From contig JBAZUO010000002.1 of assembly GCA_041661345.1 (NCBI GenBank), positions 6,447-70,446 of the forward strand: DNA of 64,000 nucleotides, in the 5' to 3' direction. Origin of the DNA: Candidatus Omnitrophota bacterium. Its GTDB lineage: Bacteria; Omnitrophota; Gorgyraeia; 2-01-FULL-45-10. Below the pieces are notes generated by a model, which was given only the letters and a program-made list of their open reading frames with translations, made no database searches and was not told the origin of the DNA. Shown piece by piece: positions 36,511 to 45,111 of the stretch. Position 1 is the first letter of the stretch, and each line of letters begins with the position of its first letter. The translations under genes were made by a program, and so were the position numbers.

Positions 36511-38027
36511 TGCAGAGAGAGATATTTATCAATGTTACGCAGCATGAAAAACGCGTAGCTGTACTTGAAAATAAGCGCCTCGAAGAGTTTTATATCGAAC
36601 GGCCGGATAGCGTAAGGAGTTTTGTCGGCAATATCTATAAGGGGCGGGTCGATTCGGTATTGCCCGGTATGGGCGCCGCGTTTGTCAATATGGGACTGGA
36701 AAAGAACGGTTTTCTCTATGTTACCGATGTTGTGGCAGGCGCTTCGGATTACGACAAGTTGTTCGAGGAAAGTGCGGCTGAGGAAGAGGCCGCACCAAGC
36801 GAGAAACATAAGGCCTTCCCGCCGATAAATGAGTTATTGAAAAAAGGCGATGAAGTGCTTGTCCAGGTTGTCAAGGAGCCTATAGGCACAAAGGGCCCGA
36901 GGCTGACTACCCATATAAGTATACCTGGAAGGTTTCTGGTTCTCATGCCATTCGATAATCACATAGGGCTTTCAAAGAGGATAGAGTCGAGGGAGGAACG
37001 GGACAGGATACGTAAAATAATCGAGGAGTTGAGGCTGCCAAAAGAGATAGGTTTTATAGTGAGGACCGCCGCTATAGGAGCAACCCTGAAAGATTTTCAG
37101 AGGGAATCGAGGTATCTCCTGAATCTGTGGCAGCATATAAAAGGAAGGGCGCGCCGTGTAAAGCCCCCATATCTGGTTCACCAGGAGTACGATATCATAC
37201 TCAGGGTGGCAAGAGATATGTTCACCAATGACGTGGCGAGGCTTGATGTCGATTCAAGGAACGAGTTCAGGAGGATATCGCATTTTTTAAGGATACTGGC
37301 CCCGCATTTGAGAGCCAGGCTAAAATTGCATAATGACAGGATTTCGCTTTTTGAAAAGTACGGCATCGAAACGCAGATCGAGAAGATATACAACAGGATA
37401 GTTCAACTCAAGAGCGGAGGATATCTTATATTCGACCAGACCGAGTCGCTCGTCGCAATAGACGTCAATTCAGGCAAGTTCGTCGGAAAGCGCAATCTGG
37501 AAGACACCGTATACAAAACCAACATTGAAGCCGCGGAAGAGGTGCCCAGGCAGCTTAAGCTCCGTGATCTCGGCGGGATAATAATCATAGACTTCATTGA
37601 TATGGAGTATGCCGAACACAGGAGGGGCGTATTTAAAACCCTGGAGAGAAATCTCGAAGACGATAAGGCCAAGACCAAGATACTTAATATATCTAGCATC
37701 GGCCTTGTGGAGATGACCCGCCAAAGGGTGCGTTCGAGCATCGAATCCAAGAGTTATCAGAAGTGCCCGTATTGCGACGGCCGCGGTATAGTTAAAGCGA
37801 TACAGACGATTTCGATAGAGCTTATCAGGAAGCTGGAGCGCTTGCTGCAGGATACGAAATCGAGGGAAGTATTTGTCTCTCTTCATCCGGACGTCGCATG
37901 TTATATCTTGAGCCCTGAAAGAAATATGGTTCGGCCGTTGGAAAAGCGTTTCAGGAAAGCCATAAGGGTCATAGAGGACCCCAATCTTCACATAGAAGAT
38001 ATAAAGATAGACCAGAAAAATCCCTAG
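36510..38027 (+). CDS. rng: Rne/Rng-family ribonuclease (RNase G-like)
   Basis: S1 domain VGNIYKGRVDSVLPGMGAAFVNMG, DVNSGKF, IIIIDFIDM, and a CPYCDGRG zinc link. I prefer ATG 36510 (TGATG overlap) over the track TTG at 36507. Confidence 0.92.
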   Translation: MQREIFINVTQHEKRVAVLENKRLEEFYIERPDSVRSFVGNIYKGRVDSVLPGMGAAFVNMGLEKNGFLYVTDVVAGASDYDKLFEESAAEEEAAPSEKHKAFPPINELLKKGDEVLVQVVKEPIGTKGPRLTTHISIPGRFLVLMPFDNHIGLSKRIESREERDRIRKIIEELRLPKEIGFIVRTAAIGATLKDFQRESRYLLNLWQHIKGRARRVKPPYLVHQEYDIILRVARDMFTNDVARLDVDSRNEFRRISHFLRILAPHLRARLKLHNDRISLFEKYGIETQIEKIYNRIVQLKSGGYLIFDQTESLVAIDVNSGKFVGKRNLEDTVYKTNIEAAEEVPRQLKLRDLGGIIIIDFIDMEYAEHRRGVFKTLERNLEDDKAKTKILNISSIGLVEMTRQRVRSSIESKSYQKCPYCDGRGIVKAIQTISIELIRKLERLLQDTKSREVFVSLHPDVACYILSPERNMVRPLEKRFRKAIRVIEDPNLHIEDIKIDQKNP

Positions 38028-38041
38028 ATCAATCCTTCGCG

Positions 38042-39799
38042 ATGAGAACAATTAAGATTTTGATAATTGCGCTTGCCGTCATGGTGTGTTTTATCCTGGC
38101 GTCGGCAGTATATTTGAAATATTTAGCGCGTACAAACCTCGCCGTAAATTCCAAAATGGCGGATATCACCGACAGGGTACATTCTGCCCGTACAATGGCC
38201 GCCCATAACATAGAAGAATTCAAAAAGCGAATGAAGTCTTCAGCTGCCGGGATCACACAAAAAATTACCCCCAAAGAAACTCCTGAAGAGGCGATTGTAC
38301 TCGTCCTAAAACATGGCGGCAGGGTCGAGGGCAAACTTTTAGGCAAGACCAAGAATGACTACACAGTACTGTGGAAGAATGAGAAGTTTGTGGTCAGGAT
38401 GGACCAGGTGGCGCGCATTGAATCCACGAGCCGTAAAGAATTGGAGTGGAAGTATAAGAATGACGTAGTGGTAAGAAAGGTAAATGGTATAGTTGTCGAC
38501 GGGAAAATTATCGAAGTGAAGAATGGCGGCATCGTGGTTTCGCTTGACGACCGCGGCGGCGCCGAGATGGGTATTGATTTAAAAGATATCGGATATCTTG
38601 AGTTTGCCCCGGTATATAATGAAGAGTCAAGAAAGACCGAGGAAGACCTTAAGAGGTTATTTCCTAAGATGAAATTTTACCGGGAAGGCAATATCGTGAT
38701 AGTGACGGACTCTTACGCAACCTGGGTTACCGCTTATAAGAAAACGCTTAGGACCGTTTACACGGATATATACCTCAAATCATTTCGTTTGTTTGACGGC
38801 AGAAAACCGATTGCACAGAATTTTGTAGTTATATTCGATAACCCTGTCGATTTTGCGGAGTACTGCCTGACGGATGGAGTGCCTTTCTGGTTAGTTCTCG
38901 GGTATTTTAAACCAACCGATAAGGTGCTGTACCTGTACAATGCCTTTGGTAAAGAGATGGAGAAATACGCGTTTGAGGTTACCGCGAAATGGCTTGGCAA
39001 GCTCGACGAGTTTATCGATAAGGTTAAGGATGCCCATAAAATAGATGATAGATACGATATATTCATAGATGGCCAGATAAAAGAGGTCAAGGATAAGTTC
39101 TGGAATGCGTACAATTTTTACAAGGGAGAATTAACGGAGAGGACGCTTTCGACGCTGCGGCATGAATTTACACATGAGGTTTTTCATAATTGGGGCCTTC
39201 AGAACATAGTTCTTTCCAGCCCCAAAATAGACAAGGCAAAACTTATAGCAAAGAAGAAAGAGTTTCTCGATACTACCGATCTGGAGAAGAAGAAAGAGCT
39301 TTTTAAGATATTGATGAAGATGTCTGATCGCGAAGATGAAGGTGTCGAGTTCGAGGCGTCGCAGTCATGGTTAAACGAGGGGCTAGCCACTTATTTCGGA
39401 ACGGAAATCCCAGGGACTGTTGACGAGAATTGGCTGTTTCTTTATCAGGATATGGATAGGAAAAATGAGGTGAACCCGATAGAGTTTATCACCAATTTCA
39501 GGATGGGTAGTTTCCCTGGGCTTTGCCACAAGGCACAGCTTGGTGCCTATGCCCAAAGTTGGGCTCTTACCAATTTTTTGATGGACAGGTATCCGGACCA
39601 ATTCATGATGTATCAGAAGCGTCTTGCCGAACAAACAGTGAAGAACGATGACGACAGGCTATCCTGGCTTCTGGAGGCGTTAGGGAAGGATCTGCCGACC
39701 CTGGAAAAAGAGTTCAGGGTATATATGGCCGGCTTCAGGCAGACGGACGATCCGGATGTAAGGCAGTTTATGAAATATGATGAGATATTCCGAAGGTAG
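38042..39799 (+). CDS. membrane-anchored protein with a peptidase-MA-like HExxH domain
   Basis: N-terminal TM segment. HEFTHEVFH (HExxH) is followed ~70 aa later by WLNEGLATYFG. Confidence 0.5.
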   Translation: MRTIKILIIALAVMVCFILASAVYLKYLARTNLAVNSKMADITDRVHSARTMAAHNIEEFKKRMKSSAAGITQKITPKETPEEAIVLVLKHGGRVEGKLLGKTKNDYTVLWKNEKFVVRMDQVARIESTSRKELEWKYKNDVVVRKVNGIVVDGKIIEVKNGGIVVSLDDRGGAEMGIDLKDIGYLEFAPVYNEESRKTEEDLKRLFPKMKFYREGNIVIVTDSYATWVTAYKKTLRTVYTDIYLKSFRLFDGRKPIAQNFVVIFDNPVDFAEYCLTDGVPFWLVLGYFKPTDKVLYLYNAFGKEMEKYAFEVTAKWLGKLDEFIDKVKDAHKIDDRYDIFIDGQIKEVKDKFWNAYNFYKGELTERTLSTLRHEFTHEVFHNWGLQNIVLSSPKIDKAKLIAKKKEFLDTTDLEKKKELFKILMKMSDREDEGVEFEASQSWLNEGLATYFGTEIPGTVDENWLFLYQDMDRKNEVNPIEFITNFRMGSFPGLCHKAQLGAYAQSWALTNFLMDRYPDQFMMYQKRLAEQTVKNDDDRLSWLLEALGKDLPTLEKEFRVYMAGFRQTDDPDVRQFMKYDEIFRR

Positions 39800-39807
39800 G
39801 CATATCC

Positions 39808-39836
39808 TTGACTATGACAGAGCGCTATGATACAAT
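39808..39836 (+). promoter_or_regulatory. sigma70-type promoter (extended -10) of rplU-rpmA
   Basis: TTGACT (39808-39813), 17-nt spacer ending in TGa, TACAAT (39831-39836). Confidence 0.6.
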
Positions 39837-39852
39837 GCTTAATCTAATTGTT

Positions 39853-39914
39853 GTCCCTCGCAGCCGATAGTGAAATGGTCGGTAGTTCGGGACGATTTTT
39901 ACTTCGTAAAAATC
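39853..39914 (+). promoter_or_regulatory. structured 5' leader of rplU (two hairpins abutting the SD)
   Basis: Hairpin 1 pairs GTCCC (39853-57) with GGGAC (39889-93), with an inner GCCGA/TCGGT stem. Hairpin 2 pairs GATTTTTAC (39894-39902) with GTAAAAATC (39906-39914), a perfect 9 bp. GGGGG SD follows at 39915-39919. Confidence 0.5.
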
Positions 39915-39926
39915 GGGGGTAATTAA

Positions 39927-40247
39927 ATGTACGCAGTTATAGAAACAGGTGCAAAACAGTACAAAGTAACCAAAAATGACGTAATTTTGGTGGAGAAGCT
40001 TGAATCCAAAGACGGCTCAGATGTTAAACTGTCCAAGGTGCTTCTTGTTAAGGATGGTAATTCCGTTCACGTGGGGAGTCCATACATTAAGGGTGCTCAT
40101 GTCATCTGCGAGGTAATAGGGCGGGTGAGGCAGCCTAAGGTGATAGCCTTTAAGTACAAGAAACGTAAATCCGAAAAGAAGAAAATCGGCCACAGGCAGG
40201 ATGTGACCAAGCTTAAAATCAAAGAAATAGCGATGGCGAAAGGGTAA
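39927..40247 (+). CDS. rplU: 50S ribosomal protein L21
   Basis: [14 protein letters not shown], and [10 protein letters not shown]. Confidence 0.95.
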   Translation: MYAVIETGAKQYKVTKNDVILVEKLESKDGSDVKLSKVLLVKDGNSVHVGSPYIKGAHVICEVIGRVRQPKVIAFKYKKRKSEKKKIGHRQDVTKLKIKEIAMAKG

Positions 40248-40251
40248 TTCT

Positions 40252-40482
40252 ATGGCACACGTAGTCAATGGACGAGACGGTCAGCCCAAAACCAGGGGCG
40301 TTAAAAAATATGGCAGCCAGGCAGTCAAGGCCGGGAATGTGATTTTAAAACAATGTGGTATGAAATTCAAGGCTGGGCGGGGCGTCGGTGTCGGCAGGGA
40401 CGGAACGCTCTTTGCGCTTGTCGACGGTAAAGTGCTTTTCAGGCCGGACAAAACAGTAAGTATTGTGCAGCCAACCAAGTAA
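40252..40482 (+). CDS. rpmA: 50S ribosomal protein L27 with a shortened N-terminal tail
   Basis: [49 protein letters not shown]. The usual KKxGGST segment after MAH is absent. Confidence 0.9.
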   Translation: MAHVVNGRDGQPKTRGVKKYGSQAVKAGNVILKQCGMKFKAGRGVGVGRDGTLFALVDGKVLFRPDKTVSIVQPTK

Positions 40483-40495
40483 TGAATACCCACGC

Positions 40496-41500
40496 ATGAC
40501 CCACAAAGAAGGCGCGTCTTTCATAGACGAGGCGAGAATATTCGTTAAAGCCGGTGACGGCGGAGACGGATGCAGCAGCCGATTCAGGACTATAATCAAC
40601 AGGATCGGCTCTCCTGACGGAGGCCCCGGCGGTGACGGCGCAGATATAGTATTCAGCGCGGATCAAAATATACACACCCTCCTCGACTTCCAATTCAGAC
40701 AGCATTTCAAAGCGTCTTGCGGCACAAACGGCAGTTCCAATCATAAGAAAGGACACAGGGGCGAAGATCTTATTATAAGGGTTCCGCCCGGTACCTTGAT
40801 AAGGGACGCAAATACCGGACTCATATTGAGAGACCTGGCGAAGGTCGGGGACTCGGTTATAATAGCAAAGGGCGGCCACGGCGGGCGTGGCAACTCAAGA
40901 GGAAGGGAATCTACTCCGGGCTCGAAAGGCGATGAGTTGACCCTCCTATTGGAGCTTAAGCTTATAGCGGATGTCGGGATAATAGGCTATCCTAACGCAG
41001 GCAAGTCTACGCTCATCTCTAAGATATCGGGCGCGAGGCCGAAGATCGCCAGCTATCCTTTCACGACCAAATCGCCCAATCTTGGCGTGATCAAACTGGA
41101 TGATGATTTAAGAGTGCTGGTGGCCGACATTCCGGGCCTGATAGAGGGAGCGCATAGGGGCCGGGGGCTGGGGCATAAATTTTTGCGCCATGTGGAACGA
41201 ACGAAAGTTTTGATACACCTTGTAGACATAGCGGCCACGGATGCGCGCTCTCCTTGTTCGGATTATCTGAAGCTGAATGAAGAGCTCAAGCTTTATTCAA
41301 AAGAGCTCGCAGAGAAATTGCAGATCATAGCGCTGAATAAGATAGATTCTCCCGAGGCCAAAGCGCATATAAAGGAATTTAAAAAACGGTTTCCCCGCAA
41401 AAAATATTATGAAATATCCGCTATTACCGGAAAAGGCGTGGATAAGCTGATGAAGGCCGTGTGCAAGAAACTTAAGAGCGTAAAAGATGAAAAAATATAA
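40496..41500 (+). CDS. obg: GTPase Obg/CgtA
   Basis: FIDEARIFVKAGDGGDG, G1 motif GYPNAGKST, and DIPGLIEGA. I prefer ATG 40496; the track start 40463 overlaps rpmA. Confidence 0.93.
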   Translation: MTHKEGASFIDEARIFVKAGDGGDGCSSRFRTIINRIGSPDGGPGGDGADIVFSADQNIHTLLDFQFRQHFKASCGTNGSSNHKKGHRGEDLIIRVPPGTLIRDANTGLILRDLAKVGDSVIIAKGGHGGRGNSRGRESTPGSKGDELTLLLELKLIADVGIIGYPNAGKSTLISKISGARPKIASYPFTTKSPNLGVIKLDDDLRVLVADIPGLIEGAHRGRGLGHKFLRHVERTKVLIHLVDIAATDARSPCSDYLKLNEELKLYSKELAEKLQIIALNKIDSPEAKAHIKEFKKRFPRKKYYEISAITGKGVDKLMKAVCKKLKSVKDEKI

Positions 41501-42578
41501 AAGGATAGTAATTAAGATCGGAACAAAGGTCATAGCTTCCAGAGAGAGCGGGCTCGACGCCGGCCGCATAGACGGGATCGCCTGTCAGGTAGAGGCGGTT
41601 ATGGCCCAGGGCATCGATGTTGTTCTTGTGACTTCGGGCGCGATAGGCGCCGGTATGAGGCTGCTTAATATGAAGAAGCGTCCGACGGATCTTGCCTCGC
41701 TTCAGGCCGCGGCGGCTATCGGACAATATCATATGATGTATATGTACGGGGAATTTTTAAAGAAGAAACAGTATAAGGTGGGCCAGATCCTTCTGACCCA
41801 GGAAGATTTTAACGATAGAAAGAGATATCTTAATATTAAACATACGATCAATGCGCTCCTGGAGCATAAGGCCATTCCCGTTATAAATGAAAATGATACC
41901 GTAGCTACAGATGAGATCAGGTGCGGAGATAATGATAGGCTGTCAAGCCTCGTAGCGGATCTATGTGAAGCGGATCTGCTCATGCTTTTGACGGATGTTG
42001 ATGGTTTACTCGACGGAGAAGGTAATCTTATCAGAGAGGTCCTTGAGATAACCCCTCAGATATTAAAGCTTGGCGGAAAGAGTCACTGCGATCTTGGCAC
42101 AGGCGGCATGACGACGAAGCTGGAAGCCGCAGGTAACGCCACCGCTGCCGGCATTGACTGCATTATAGCGAACGGCAAAAAAGACCACGTGATAGACGGA
42201 ATAGTTTTGGGTGGCGAAAAAAATGGGACCATTTTTGAGGGGAAGGGCGGGAAGACGCTCGCAAGGAAACGCTGGATAGCCCATTCGTCCAAGCCGAATG
42301 GAATAATATCTATTGATGATGGAGCGAAGATAGCCCTGGTCGAGAAAGATAGGAGCCTTTTAGCCTCAGGCATTGTCGGGCTTGATGGAAATTTTCGATC
42401 CGACAGCGTAGTCAGCATAATAGATAAAAACGGAAAAGAGATCGCCAGGGGAATTACAAGTTATTCGTCGGGGGATCTATCGAAAATAAAAGGCCTTAAG
42501 ACAGGTAAATTTAAATCCATACTAGGTTTTGAAGGCCCGGATGAAGTCGTACATAAAGATAATCTGGTTTTGTTATGA
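41487..42578 (+). CDS. proB: glutamate 5-kinase (with PUA domain)
   Basis: IVIKIGTKVI, LVTSGAIGAG, NENDTVATDEI, and a C-terminal PUA-like region. Confidence 0.93.
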   Translation: MKKYKRIVIKIGTKVIASRESGLDAGRIDGIACQVEAVMAQGIDVVLVTSGAIGAGMRLLNMKKRPTDLASLQAAAAIGQYHMMYMYGEFLKKKQYKVGQILLTQEDFNDRKRYLNIKHTINALLEHKAIPVINENDTVATDEIRCGDNDRLSSLVADLCEADLLMLLTDVDGLLDGEGNLIREVLEITPQILKLGGKSHCDLGTGGMTTKLEAAGNATAAGIDCIIANGKKDHVIDGIVLGGEKNGTIFEGKGGKTLARKRWIAHSSKPNGIISIDDGAKIALVEKDRSLLASGIVGLDGNFRSDSVVSIIDKNGKEIARGITSYSSGDLSKIKGLKTGKFKSILGFEGPDEVVHKDNLVLL

Positions 42579-43831
42579 AAACAGAAGAGACGGTTAAAAA
42601 AATATGCGAGGCCGCGAAAAAGGCCTCGAGGGCTCTTGCCCTGGTAGATCGAAAGACTAAGGATGAGGCCCTGGTTGCTATGGGTAAAGCCCTCATCGGG
42701 AACTCATCCCGCATTATCAGCGAAAACAGGAAGGATCTCGTTCTCGCCCGAAAGGCAGGCTTATCGAAAGCCCTGGCCGACAGGTTATTTCTTGATTCGG
42801 GAAGAATCTCTTCTATGGCCGAGTCCCTGTTTACGATTGCGAAATTGAAAGACCCCGTCGGCGAAACGATTTCTTCGGTGAAGAGACCCAACGGCCTGGT
42901 GATAAAAAAGGTCAGGGTTCCCATAGGTGTCATCCTGATAATTTACGAGTCAAGGCCCAACGTCACGAGTGACTGCATAGGCCTTTGCCTCAAGTCATCT
43001 AATGCCGTTATATTGAGGGGCGGAAGCATTGCGTTAAATTCCAACATTGCCATATTCAACGTGATGAATAAGGAAGCCGTTAAACACGGCTTGCCCGAAA
43101 ACGCCATATCGATAGTAAGAGACACCGACAGAAAGATCGTTGATGCCCTGCTTAAGCAAAACAATTTCATTGACCTGGTGATGCCTAGGGGTGGAGAATC
43201 CCTGATCAGGGAGGTTACAGAAAAATCGCGTATTCCGGTTATCAAACATTACAAGGGTGTATGCCATATCTATGTTGACGATAGCGCCGATAAAAGAAAG
43301 GCCCTGGAAATATGTTATAACGCGAAGGTCCAGCGCCCCGGTGTATGCAATGCTATGGAGACGATGCTCGTCAGCCGTAAGATAGCCAGGTCGTTCCTTC
43401 CTTTGATGATCGAACGCTTCAGGAAATTCGGCGTTGAGATACGGGGGGACGCCGAGACATGTCGTATCGTCAGCGGTGTGAAGAGGGCAACCGAAGCTGA
43501 CTGGTACACGGAATATCTGGATCTCGTGCTTTCTGTCAAGGTGGTCAAGGATGTCGATGAGGCGATCGGCCACATAATGAAGTATGGCTCGTACCATTCC
43601 GACGCGATTGTTACAAAAAATAAGAAGAACGCGGCAAAATTTTTAAAGGAGATCGATTCCGCCTGCGTCTATGTCAATGCATCGACAAGATTTACGGACG
43701 GCGGCCAATTCGGCATGGGCGCCGAGATCGGTGTTTCCACAGATAAGATACATGCACGGGGCCCGATGGGAGTAGGGGAGCTTACATCGTATAAATACAC
43801 GATATACGGCAATGGCCAGGTCAGGAAGTGA
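42575..43831 (+). CDS. proA: glutamate-5-semialdehyde dehydrogenase
   Basis: IYESRPNVT, VILRGGS, CNAMETMLV, ASTRFTDGGQFG. Confidence 0.93.
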   Translation: MKTEETVKKICEAAKKASRALALVDRKTKDEALVAMGKALIGNSSRIISENRKDLVLARKAGLSKALADRLFLDSGRISSMAESLFTIAKLKDPVGETISSVKRPNGLVIKKVRVPIGVILIIYESRPNVTSDCIGLCLKSSNAVILRGGSIALNSNIAIFNVMNKEAVKHGLPENAISIVRDTDRKIVDALLKQNNFIDLVMPRGGESLIREVTEKSRIPVIKHYKGVCHIYVDDSADKRKALEICYNAKVQRPGVCNAMETMLVSRKIARSFLPLMIERFRKFGVEIRGDAETCRIVSGVKRATEADWYTEYLDLVLSVKVVKDVDEAIGHIMKYGSYHSDAIVTKNKKNAAKFLKEIDSACVYVNASTRFTDGGQFGMGAEIGVSTDKIHARGPMGVGELTSYKYTIYGNGQVRK

Positions 43832-43841
43832 GGAGTTAGAT

Positions 43842-44411
43842 ATGCGAATAGGAATACTGGGCGGGACATTCAATCCGATACATATAGGGCATCTGATATT
43901 GGCCGAGGAAGCGCTGTCGAAGCTTAAACTCGACAAAATAGTATTCGTTCCCACCTTCATACCGCCGCACAAGAACGTGGAAGGCGGTGTTGCGCCTAAA
44001 GACCGGTTGAATATGACAAAGCTGGCCATCGGGGATAATAAAGCCTTCGATGTCTCTACATTTGAGCTGGATTCGAAAAAGAGGTCATATTCTGTGGATA
44101 CGCTGAGGGAGTTCAGGCATATTTACGGTGATGAGGCGCAGTTGTTCTTCATAACGGGATCGGACCTGCTTAAGGACCTCTTCTCCTGGAAGGATGTAAA
44201 CGATATATTCAAGATGTCCAAGTTCGTGGTTGCCAATAGAGCCGGATATCCCGTGGAAGATGTACCGAGTCAGGCGGAGACGGTCGTCATCACGCCGATC
44301 GAGGTTTCAAGCGAAGACATACGCAGGCGCATAAAAGAGGGGAAATCGATAAGGTATCTTGTGACGGAGCCTGTCAGAAGCTACATAACGGCCCACAAGC
44401 TGTACATATAG
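43842..44411 (+). CDS. nadD: nicotinate-nucleotide adenylyltransferase
   Basis: MRIGILGGTFNPIHIGH and ISSEDIRRRIKEG. I prefer ATG 43842 over the track start 43812. Confidence 0.9.
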   Translation: MRIGILGGTFNPIHIGHLILAEEALSKLKLDKIVFVPTFIPPHKNVEGGVAPKDRLNMTKLAIGDNKAFDVSTFELDSKKRSYSVDTLREFRHIYGDEAQLFFITGSDLLKDLFSWKDVNDIFKMSKFVVANRAGYPVEDVPSQAETVVITPIEVSSEDIRRRIKEGKSIRYLVTEPVRSYITAHKLYI

Positions 44412-44429
44412 GTTTTAAGCCTAAGGCCC

Positions 44430-44458
44430 TTGACCTTAAGCCCATTATAGTGTATAAT
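44430..44458 (+). promoter_or_regulatory. sigma70-type promoter upstream of the small zinc-ribbon ORF / rsfS
   Basis: TTGACC (44430-44435), 17-nt spacer, TATAAT (44453-44458). Confidence 0.6.
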
Positions 44459-44486
44459 TTGACAAATTTAAAAGGGGGTGAAATAA

Positions 44487-44630
44487 ATGGCAGAAATAGG
44501 ATATTGCGTAAAGTGTAAAGCTAAGAAAGAGATGAAGGATACCCAGAAGGTCACGATGAAAAATAAGCGTCAGGCAATGAAGGGTAAATGTTCTACATGC
44601 GGCACAGGCATGTATAAGATAATGTCATAA
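44487..44630 (+). CDS. 47-aa zinc-ribbon protein (DUF5679-like), absent from the ORF track
   Basis: MAEIGYCVKCKAKKEMKDTQKVTMKNKRQAMKGKCSTCGTGMYKIMS has CxxC...CxxC. AAGGGGG SD at 44472-44478, 8 nt before the ATG. Confidence 0.7.
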   Translation: MAEIGYCVKCKAKKEMKDTQKVTMKNKRQAMKGKCSTCGTGMYKIMS

Positions 44631-44640
44631 CGAAGAAGGT

Positions 44641-45111
44641 GTGAGGAGTTTTATAAAGCCTAAGAATAACGCCCTGGCGATTGCCGGGGCTGCGTCGGAT
44701 AAGAAGGCGCTCGACATAGTTCTTGTGAACATGCGGAAGGTGCCGAGCGTCTGTGATTGGTTTGTAGTATCTAGCGGTACTTCTACCACCCACGTCAGGG
44801 CCATTTCTGACAGTATAATCAGGAAACTTAAAGAAAAAGGTCAAAGGCCGTGGCATGTCGAAGGCGAGCCGGATGCTTCCTGGGTGCTTATAGATTACGG
44901 CGATGTCGTTGCACACGTCTTCTTGGAAGAGACGCGCCGTTTCTATAACTTAGAGAAGCTTTGGCGTGAGGCGCCGCAGGAACATTATAAGGAAAGAGCC
45001 CGCGGCAAAAAGGTAAAGGTTAAGGCAAGGGCTAAGGTGAAAGCGAAGGCGAAACCTAAGTCGAGATCCAAAATCAAAGTGGTACGTAAGCCGCGTAAGA
45101 AGAAAAGATAA
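44641..45111 (+). CDS. rsfS: ribosome silencing factor RsfS with a Lys/Arg-rich C-terminal tail
   Basis: Core DWFVVSSGTSTTHVRAISD and WVLIDYGDVVAHVF, plus a 40-aa tail KERARGKKVKVKARAKVKAKAKPKSRSKIKVVRKPRKKKR. GTG start. Confidence 0.88.
   Translation: MRSFIKPKNNALAIAGAASDKKALDIVLVNMRKVPSVCDWFVVSSGTSTTHVRAISDSIIRKLKEKGQRPWHVEGEPDASWVLIDYGDVVAHVFLEETRRFYNLEKLWREAPQEHYKERARGKKVKVKARAKVKAKAKPKSRSKIKVVRKPRKKKR

Noticed and set aside
44989-45111. Short periodic DNA (aaggtNaag-type) in the rsfS 3' end as a tandem repeat or CRISPR-like array
   Set aside because: The periodicity is in-frame K-x-K coding low complexity. There are no spacer/repeat units of CRISPR size.
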